From an uncultured Chitinophagaceae bacterium (GTDB lineage Bacteria; Bacteroidota; Bacteroidia; Chitinophagales; Chitinophagaceae): a stretch of 64,000 nt of DNA. The stretch spans positions 13,070-77,069 of the forward strand of contig CAIVCF010000153.1 in the NCBI GenBank assembly GCA_903904335.1. The letters run 5' to 3'. Within the stretch, counting starts at the first letter, position 1, and each line of letters opens with the position of its first letter. The translations under genes were made by a program, and so were the position numbers. The notes beneath the pieces are model-generated. The model did no database searches. It had not been told where the DNA came from and saw only the letters and a program-made list of their open reading frames with translations. This document shows, one piece after another, positions 57,396-64,000 of this stretch.

Positions 57396-59075
57396 ATGGC
57401 AGATCAAACCTATGACGCAATTGTAGTAGGTTCGGGCATCAGCGGCGGCTGGGCAGCAAAAGAACTTACAGAAAAAGGATTAAAAGTGATTATGCTCGAA
57501 CGTGGTAGAAATATAGAGCATATTAAAGATTATGTAAATGCCACAAAAGAAGCCTGGGACTTCCCGCATCGCGGGGGGAGGACACAGCAATTGATACATG
57601 AGTATCCTGTTTTAAAAAGAGATTATCCTTTGAATGAAAACAATCTGGATATGTGGGTGAAAGATTCCGAATGTCCATATACAGAAGTAAAACGTTTCGA
57701 TTGGTTTCGCGGTTATCATGTGGGTGGTCGTTCTTTATTATGGGGCAGACAAAGTTATCGCTGGAGTGATATGTATTTTGAAGAAAATGCAAAAGATGGT
57801 TTTGGTGTTGATTGGCCTGTTAGATACAAAGATGTAGAGCAATGGTATTCTTATGTAGAAAGATTTGCAGGCATCAGCGGTTCCAAAGAAGGCCTTGCAC
57901 AATTGCCCGATAGCGAATTTCTTCCTCCGATGGAAATGAATTGTGTGGAGAAGGATGTTGCTGCGAGAATGAAAACATTATACAAAGGAATGAGACCAAT
58001 GATCATTGGTCGTACAGCACACATTACGGCACCTCATCCCGACAGACAAATGTGTCAATTCAGAAACAAATGTGTACAGGGATGCCCATTTGGCGGATAT
58101 TTCAGCACACAATCATCCACATTGCCTGCGGCGATGAAAACAGGAAATCTTACTGTTCGTCCATGGAGCATCGTTACAAAAATTTTATATGATAAGGATT
58201 CAAAAAAAGCAACGGGCGTAGAAGTACTGGATGCAGAAACGAATCAAACATATATCTATAAAGCAAAGATCATTTTTTTAAATGCATCCACATTAAACAG
58301 TACATGGATATTAATGAATAGCGCTACAGATATTTGGCCGGATGGATTAGGAAGTAGTAGTGGTGAATTGGGTCATAATTTAATGGACCATCACCTGAAT
58401 GTTCATGCAGGTGGAGCGGTTGAAGGATATGAAGACAAATATGTTTTCGGTCGCCGTGCCAATGGCATTTACATTCCGCGTTACAGAAATTTCTTTGGTG
58501 ATAAAAGAGATTATGTACGAGGATTCGGTTATCAGGGTAGCGCAAGTCGTCAGGGATGGAATCATGAAGTAGCTGAATATACTATCGGTGCTGAATTCAA
58601 AGAAGCATTAACCGAACCGGGTGTTTGGAATATGGGCATTGGAGGTTTTGGTGAAACGCTTCCTTATCATGAAAATAAAGTAACACTCGATAAAACAAAA
58701 AAAGATAAATGGGGTTTGAATGTACTTTCTTTTGATGCAGAATTAAAAGAAAATGAATTGAAGATGCGAAAAGATATGTTGAACGATGCCATAGAAATGC
58801 TTGAAGCTGTTGGTGTAAAAAATGTAAAGGGAACTGATACCAATCCTTATCTCGGTCGCGGTATTCATGAAATGGGAACAGCAAGAATGGGTAAGGATCC
58901 AAAGACTTCCGTATTAAATAAATGGAATCAGGTTTGGGATGCAAAGAATGTTTTTGTGACTGATGGATCGTTCATGACATCATCCGCTTGTCAAAATCCA
59001 TCCTTAACATACATGGCTTTTACAGCCCGAGCTGCTGATTATGCAGTGAACGAATTAAAGAAAAATAATTTGTAA
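57396..59075 (+). CDS. GMC family FAD-dependent oxidoreductase (copy 1), no signal peptide
   Basis: N-terminal YDAIVVGSGISGGWAAKEL FAD fold and C-terminal HEMGTARMG GMC active-site region; 559 aa. Confidence 0.88.
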   Translation: MADQTYDAIVVGSGISGGWAAKELTEKGLKVIMLERGRNIEHIKDYVNATKEAWDFPHRGGRTQQLIHEYPVLKRDYPLNENNLDMWVKDSECPYTEVKRFDWFRGYHVGGRSLLWGRQSYRWSDMYFEENAKDGFGVDWPVRYKDVEQWYSYVERFAGISGSKEGLAQLPDSEFLPPMEMNCVEKDVAARMKTLYKGMRPMIIGRTAHITAPHPDRQMCQFRNKCVQGCPFGGYFSTQSSTLPAAMKTGNLTVRPWSIVTKILYDKDSKKATGVEVLDAETNQTYIYKAKIIFLNASTLNSTWILMNSATDIWPDGLGSSSGELGHNLMDHHLNVHAGGAVEGYEDKYVFGRRANGIYIPRYRNFFGDKRDYVRGFGYQGSASRQGWNHEVAEYTIGAEFKEALTEPGVWNMGIGGFGETLPYHENKVTLDKTKKDKWGLNVLSFDAELKENELKMRKDMLNDAIEMLEAVGVKNVKGTDTNPYLGRGIHEMGTARMGKDPKTSVLNKWNQVWDAKNVFVTDGSFMTSSACQNPSLTYMAFTARAADYAVNELKKNNL

Positions 59076-59091
59076 AACTAATTTTAATATC

Positions 59092-60807
59092 ATGCCATCC
59101 GATTCAACAAATATCAATACCAAAGCAGTAATTCAAAACAGCTATGATGCTATTGTTATCGGATCAGGCATCAGCGGCGGCTGGGCGGCAAAAGAATTAA
59201 CCGAAAAAGGATTGAAAACAATCATGCTTGAACGTGGCAGAAATTTAGAACATATCAAAGATTATATAACTGCTACTAATGATCCATGGGAATTTGAACA
59301 TCGTGGCAGAACAACAGAAGAACAGAAAAAAAAATATCCTGTCATTCATCGAGGATGGGCTGCAAATGAAGCCATCATGCAATATTGGACAAATGAAGAA
59401 GACTGCCCATACACAGAAATAAAACCGTTTACCTGGTGGCGTGCATATCAATTGGGTGGCCGTTCTTTGCTATGGGGCAGACAAAGTTACCGTTGGAGTG
59501 ATTATGATTTTGAAGCAAATGCAAAAGATGGTATCGCAGTTGATTGGCCTATTCGTTATAAAGATATTGCGCCATGGTACGATCATGCAGAAAAATTTGC
59601 AGGCATCAGCGGATCGAAAGAAGGATTGGCGCAGTTGCCTGATGGACAATTTCTACCGCCCATGGATTTGAATTGTGTAGAGAAGGATATTGCTGCAAGA
59701 ATAAAACAGCATTATAAAAATAACCGTCATTTAATTATTGGTCGTGTAGCTAATTTAACAGAAGCAATTCCGGGAAGAACAAAATGCCAATTCAGGAATC
59801 GTTGTTGGGAAGGTTGTCCATTCGGTGGTTATTTCAGTACACAATCTTCTACATTGCCCGCTGCACAAGCAACAGGTAATTTAACTGTAAAGCCATTCAG
59901 TATAGTTACAAAAATTTTATATGATAAGGATACGAAGAAAGCAAAAGGTGTTGAGATATTGGATGCAGAAACAAATAAGACCTATGAGTTCTATGCAAAA
60001 ATTGTTTTTGTATGTGCATCAGCATTGAATACCGCATGGGTGCTAATGAATAGTGTAACTGATATTTGGCCTGATGGATTGGGAAGCAGCAGCGGAGAGT
60101 TGGGACATAATATCATGGATCATCATTATAATTTAGGAGCCAGCGGACAAGTAGAAGGATTTGAAGATAAAACGGTGTTTGGAAGAAGGGCAAACGGTTT
60201 TTATATTCCACGCTTTGCAAATTTATTTGGAGATAAAAGAGATTACTTACGTGGCTTTGGTTATCAGGGTGCTGCATCGAGAGAATCATGGTCGAGAGAA
60301 ATTGCAGAACTGAATATCGGTGCAGATTTTAAAGAAGCGATCTCAGAACCGGGTGTATGGAATATCGGTGCAGGCGGCTTCGGAGAGATATTGCCCTATC
60401 ATGAAAATAAGATTACACTCGATAAAAATAAAAAAGATAAATGGGGTTTGCCTGTGTTGGCAATGGATGCAGAAATAAAAGAGAATGAAAGGAGAATGCG
60501 GAAAGATATTGTTGCAGAACTGAAATCCATGTTTGAATCTGCCGGCGTAAAAGATATCAAAACATGGGATACGGGACATTCAATGGGTCACGGCATTCAT
60601 GAAATGGGAACAGCCAGAATGGGGCGTGATGCAAAAACTTCTGTATTGAATGAACACAATCAGGTTTGGGATGCAAAAAATGTTTTTGTAACTGATGGCG
60701 CTTGCATGACATCCTCTGCTTGTCAAAACCCGTCACTTACTTATATGGCATTAACGGCAAGGGCTGCCGATTTTGCTGTGAGCGAATTAAAAAAAGGGAA
60801 TATCTAA
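59092..60807 (+). CDS. GMC family FAD-dependent oxidoreductase (copy 2, tandem paralog), no signal peptide
   Basis: YDAIVIGSGISGGWAAKEL..HEMGTARMG. Collinear with copy 1 and visibly high in identity along the whole length. Confidence 0.88.
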   Translation: MPSDSTNINTKAVIQNSYDAIVIGSGISGGWAAKELTEKGLKTIMLERGRNLEHIKDYITATNDPWEFEHRGRTTEEQKKKYPVIHRGWAANEAIMQYWTNEEDCPYTEIKPFTWWRAYQLGGRSLLWGRQSYRWSDYDFEANAKDGIAVDWPIRYKDIAPWYDHAEKFAGISGSKEGLAQLPDGQFLPPMDLNCVEKDIAARIKQHYKNNRHLIIGRVANLTEAIPGRTKCQFRNRCWEGCPFGGYFSTQSSTLPAAQATGNLTVKPFSIVTKILYDKDTKKAKGVEILDAETNKTYEFYAKIVFVCASALNTAWVLMNSVTDIWPDGLGSSSGELGHNIMDHHYNLGASGQVEGFEDKTVFGRRANGFYIPRFANLFGDKRDYLRGFGYQGAASRESWSREIAELNIGADFKEAISEPGVWNIGAGGFGEILPYHENKITLDKNKKDKWGLPVLAMDAEIKENERRMRKDIVAELKSMFESAGVKDIKTWDTGHSMGHGIHEMGTARMGRDAKTSVLNEHNQVWDAKNVFVTDGACMTSSACQNPSLTYMALTARAADFAVSELKKGNI

Positions 60808-60827
60808 AAAATTATAAAATAAATTTT

Positions 60828-61394
60828 ATGGAAAGAAGGGAACTTATAAAAATGATCACACTTGCTTCAGGTGGTGTTTTGATTGGCGGCGAATTGTTAT
60901 TGTCAGGCTGTAAGACCAATGCAAGATCGGATGCAGCATTTAGTGCAGATGATATTGCATTTTTAGATGAAGTGGCAGAGACCATCATTCCCAAAACAAA
61001 TACACCGGGGGCAAAAGATGCAGAAGTGGGCAAATTCATGACGGTGATGGTGAATGATTGTTATGAAGCGAAAGATCAAAAAATTTTTCATGATGGTTTG
61101 ATAAAGCTTGATGAAGCCAGCAGGAAAAATTTTAGTTCATCATTTATGAAAATTAACACAGCCCAGCGAAAAGAACTGTTGACAGAATTGGATAACGAAG
61201 CAAAAGAATATCATAAAACCAAAAAAGAAACAGACCCCAATCATTATTTCACGATGATGAAACAATTAACCCTGTTTGGTTTCTTTACCTCCAAACCCGG
61301 TGCTACAGAAGCATTGCGCTATGTTGCCGTTCCGGGAAAATATGAAGGATGTGTGCCCTATAAAAAAGGAGATAAAGCATGGGCAACATCATAA
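60828..61394 (+). CDS. gluconate 2-dehydrogenase subunit 3 family protein (Tat-signal lipoprotein small subunit)
   Basis: MERRELIKMITLASGGVLIGGELLLSGC carries a twin-Arg motif plus lipobox. About 188 aa, directly after the GMC genes. ATG at 60828 is preferred over the track start at 60702, which overlaps the GMC gene. Confidence 0.75.
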   Translation: MERRELIKMITLASGGVLIGGELLLSGCKTNARSDAAFSADDIAFLDEVAETIIPKTNTPGAKDAEVGKFMTVMVNDCYEAKDQKIFHDGLIKLDEASRKNFSSSFMKINTAQRKELLTELDNEAKEYHKTKKETDPNHYFTMMKQLTLFGFFTSKPGATEALRYVAVPGKYEGCVPYKKGDKAWATS

Positions 61395-61425
61395 TTTTTC
61401 TAATTCTCATTTTTAATTTTGAATC

Positions 61426-62313
61426 ATGTCTAACTCAAGAAGAAATTTTATTAAGCTAAGTGGTTTATCAGCATTGACGCTTGCATCACCCGTTGGCAAA
61501 TTATCATCCCTATTAGGTAATGATTATCTCACAGTAAAGAAATCGAATCAATTTGGCTTGCAGTTGTTTGGTATTCGTGATTTGATGGGTAAAGATCCTG
61601 CAGCCACTTTAAAAGCAGTGGCAGCAATGGGGTACAAATATGTTGAACCTCATGAACACCAAAAGTTGGGGATGTTTTATGGAATGGGAAATAAAGGATT
61701 CAAGTCTTTTGTGAATGATTTGGGTATGACGATCCATTCTATTCATACTAATGTTTATAAAGATTTTGAAAAAAATGTTGCATTAACATCTGAGATAGGG
61801 ATTGATTATCTTATTTATAATTGGGAAGGTCCAGGTAAGACAATGGATGATTATAAAAAAATGGCTGATGATTTTAATAAAAAAGGCGAATACTGCAAAC
61901 AACATGGAATTAAGTTTGCTTTTCATAACCATGATTTTACTTTCTTTAAAATGGGAGATGCCATTCCTCATGAATGGTTGATGCAACATACCGATCCTGA
62001 TCTGGTTGATTTTCAAATAGATTTTTATTGGGTGAAATATGCAGGCCAAGATCCTGTTGAATGGGTGAATAAATATCCAACCCGATTTAAATTGTGCCAT
62101 TTCAAAGACAGATCAAAGACATCGAACGAAAGAGAAAAATCAGGTATTGTTGAATTAGGAACAGGTACCATTGATTTTCAAAATATTTTAGATCAAATCA
62201 AAAAATCTTCTATAAAATATTATATTGTTGATCAGGACAGTTGTAATGATCGTGAAGATCCATTGCAATGTTCAAGAGTAGATGCGGATTATATGAAGCA
62301 ATTGAAATATTAA
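61426..62313 (+). CDS. sugar phosphate isomerase/epimerase (TIM barrel) with twin-arginine signal
   Basis: Tat motif SRRNFIKLSGLSALTLA. Barrel motifs FAFHNHD, HFKD. Confidence 0.78.
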   Translation: MSNSRRNFIKLSGLSALTLASPVGKLSSLLGNDYLTVKKSNQFGLQLFGIRDLMGKDPAATLKAVAAMGYKYVEPHEHQKLGMFYGMGNKGFKSFVNDLGMTIHSIHTNVYKDFEKNVALTSEIGIDYLIYNWEGPGKTMDDYKKMADDFNKKGEYCKQHGIKFAFHNHDFTFFKMGDAIPHEWLMQHTDPDLVDFQIDFYWVKYAGQDPVEWVNKYPTRFKLCHFKDRSKTSNEREKSGIVELGTGTIDFQNILDQIKKSSIKYYIVDQDSCNDREDPLQCSRVDADYMKQLKY

Positions 62314-62341
62314 AATATTTTCAATTTATTAAGTGCATAAT

Positions 62342-62370
62342 AAAGCCGAATGGTTTTTGCATTCGGCTTT
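62342..62370. terminator. bidirectional terminator hairpin between convergent genes
   Basis: aaagccgaatg-gtttttg-cattcggcttt. Confidence 0.7.
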
Positions 62371-62393
62371 ATTTATTCTGAGATTTTTTCAAA

Positions 62394-63860
62394 TCAAATT
62401 CCTAAACCAAATCCGTTTGCATATTCTCTTTTTACAAACTGATTGGCATCTTCAAAGTTGGTGATCTTCATATTTTCACCATCCCATAATAATTTTATAT
62501 TCCTTCCGGGGTAATTAAATTCATTCGGTTTGTTGGCTTTCGCTTTTCTAATATCAAAACTTCTGATAGCAAGATTGCCCATTAAAACAATTTCAGTTAA
62601 TGGTCCGGCCAGATCAAAATGTGAACTTAAATTTTTGTGCGCATCTGTTCCATATCCTGCAATACAAGCTTCCACCCATGCTTTATAATGACCGCCTTCA
62701 CCACCGGGCACACGAACCAAAGTTTGTTTTACATGAACTTGTTCATTACGTGAAAGTGGTAAGAGTCTTGGATTTGCACCATAAGTATCAGCTAACATTT
62801 TTCCTTTGGTGCCAATAAATAAAATAGCATTGCCGCCATCGCCAAATATTTCATTTGATCCTAATTCTTCAGGTCGTTCAGGCTGAATACCGCCATCCAT
62901 CCAGTGTAATTTTATATCCTGCGATTTGCCTTTAAATGTGAGAGTAATATGAGAAGATGTTGGCCCGCTTTCAGGAAAATAAGCTCTTTGCCAAGGTTGC
63001 GTATAACGGGTAGCAACACTGCATTCTGCTTCTGTTGGATATCCTAGTCCCAACACTCTAAATGGCGCTTCAATAATATGGCAACCCATATCTCCCAATG
63101 CGCCTGTTCCGTAATCCCACCATCCACGCCAATTAAAAGGTAATAATCCATCCACATAATCTTTATAAGGCGCAGTGCCCAGCCATAAATTCCAATCTAA
63201 TTGTGAAGGAACGGTTGGCGCTTTATCCGGCCATTTAATCCCTTGTGGCCAAACAGGCCGATCGGTGAAACAATATACCGTATGCACATCGCCGATGATT
63301 CCTGCATCAAACCATTCACGCAACTGACGAACACCATCACCTGATGATCCCTGATTACCCATTTGTGTAACCACTTTATATTTTCGTGCTGCTTCGGTTA
63401 ACATTCTTGCTTCATAAATATCATGTGCAATGGGTTTTTGAACATATACGTGTTTCCCCAATTGCATAGCAGCCATTGCCTGCACAGCATGCATGTGATC
63501 AGGTGTTGAGATAGAAACGGCATCAATATTTTTATGTTCCTTATCTAACATCTCACGGTAATCTTTATAATATTTTGCAGACGGATAGCGGTTGCGGCTT
63601 GTGATACTTTGTCTGTCATCCACATCACAGAGTGCAATGATATCTGCTTTACCGCTTTGGAAAAAACTGAACAGATCACCTGCTCCCTTTCCTCCAACAC
63701 CTATACCTGCCACCCTTAATTTATCACTTGGAGCAATAAAGCCCCTGCCTAATACATGTCGCGGTACGATATAAAAACCTGTTGCAGTTATTGCTGCATT
63801 GCGAATAAAATTCCTGCGGGAAATGTTGTGCGTAGATTCTTTTGTTAGATTTTTTTTCAT
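62394..63860 (-). CDS. Gfo/Idh/MocA family oxidoreductase with twin-arginine signal
   Basis: Tat motif SRRNFIRNAAITATG, Rossmann RVAGIGVGGKG, EKP-type VYVQKPI. ATG at 63858-63860 is preferred over the TTG at 63866. Confidence 0.85.
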   Translation of the reverse strand: MKKNLTKESTHNISRRNFIRNAAITATGFYIVPRHVLGRGFIAPSDKLRVAGIGVGGKGAGDLFSFFQSGKADIIALCDVDDRQSITSRNRYPSAKYYKDYREMLDKEHKNIDAVSISTPDHMHAVQAMAAMQLGKHVYVQKPIAHDIYEARMLTEAARKYKVVTQMGNQGSSGDGVRQLREWFDAGIIGDVHTVYCFTDRPVWPQGIKWPDKAPTVPSQLDWNLWLGTAPYKDYVDGLLPFNWRGWWDYGTGALGDMGCHIIEAPFRVLGLGYPTEAECSVATRYTQPWQRAYFPESGPTSSHITLTFKGKSQDIKLHWMDGGIQPERPEELGSNEIFGDGGNAILFIGTKGKMLADTYGANPRLLPLSRNEQVHVKQTLVRVPGGEGGHYKAWVEACIAGYGTDAHKNLSSHFDLAGPLTEIVLMGNLAIRSFDIRKAKANKPNEFNYPGRNIKLLWDGENMKITNFEDANQFVKREYANGFGLGI

Positions 63861-64000
63861 GGTCAATCATTCATTAGTTATCAGAGAATGAATATAAAGA
63901 TTTAACAGAAATACTGTTGGTAATTGTTCAAAAACATTACCCGATTGATAAAAGAAGATGAATTTTATCATTGTAATGAAATTTCTGCTCATTGGAAAAA

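Noticed and set aside
1-64000. Searched by eye for CRISPR arrays, tRNA/rRNA/tmRNA, transposases, integrases, phage genes, toxin-antitoxin pairs, restriction-modification and other defence genes.
   Set aside because: None were found. No gap exceeds about 240 bp, no GGTTCGAATCC-type tRNA arm or regular repeat-spacer periodicity was seen, and every large ORF has a metabolic or envelope assignment.

Overview
AT-rich chromosomal segment from a Bacteroidota genome, probably Chitinophagia or Sphingobacteriia-like. Support for that placement: GldC, an IPExxxVDY-family protein, DUF6089, the uppS-bamA-skp-skp-murI block, TAnnTTTG -7 promoter boxes, and no obvious Shine-Dalgarno sites. About 60 protein genes are tightly packed on both strands and most are housekeeping. 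These include nifJ (partial), an RND efflux pair, pdxH, the transketolase C-terminal subunit, bcp, feoB, birA, rsfS, ftsH, lpxH, nadK, uppS, bamA, two skp, murI, rpmH-rnpA-yidD, superoxide dismutase and tadA. I found no rRNA, tRNA, CRISPR array, transposase, integrase, phage genes or recognisable defence or toxin system. Four things are worth follow-up. (1) At 7.8-13.7 kb, a 1135-aa single polypeptide fuses a GH18-like domain, a CE4 deacetylase and a processive GT2 synthase. It is divergently paired with a polytopic LtaS/sulfatase-type transferase. (2) A half-size carB (548 aa) ends exactly at the internal domain boundary. (3) At 49.6-63.9 kb lies an island of sugar oxidoreductases rich in twin-arginine signals: Gfo/Idh/MocA enzymes, xylose-isomerase-like TIM barrels, tandem GMC flavoproteins with one small subunit, cytochrome c, DUF1080 and an MFS permease. 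It contains no classical glycoside hydrolase and looks like a periplasmic oxidative (3-keto) glycoside pathway. (4) A family of short structured repeats sits just 3' of stop codons at five or more intergenic sites, including one perfect 20-nt inverted match. Functional calls come from motif recognition by eye on the supplied translations; no database search was run.
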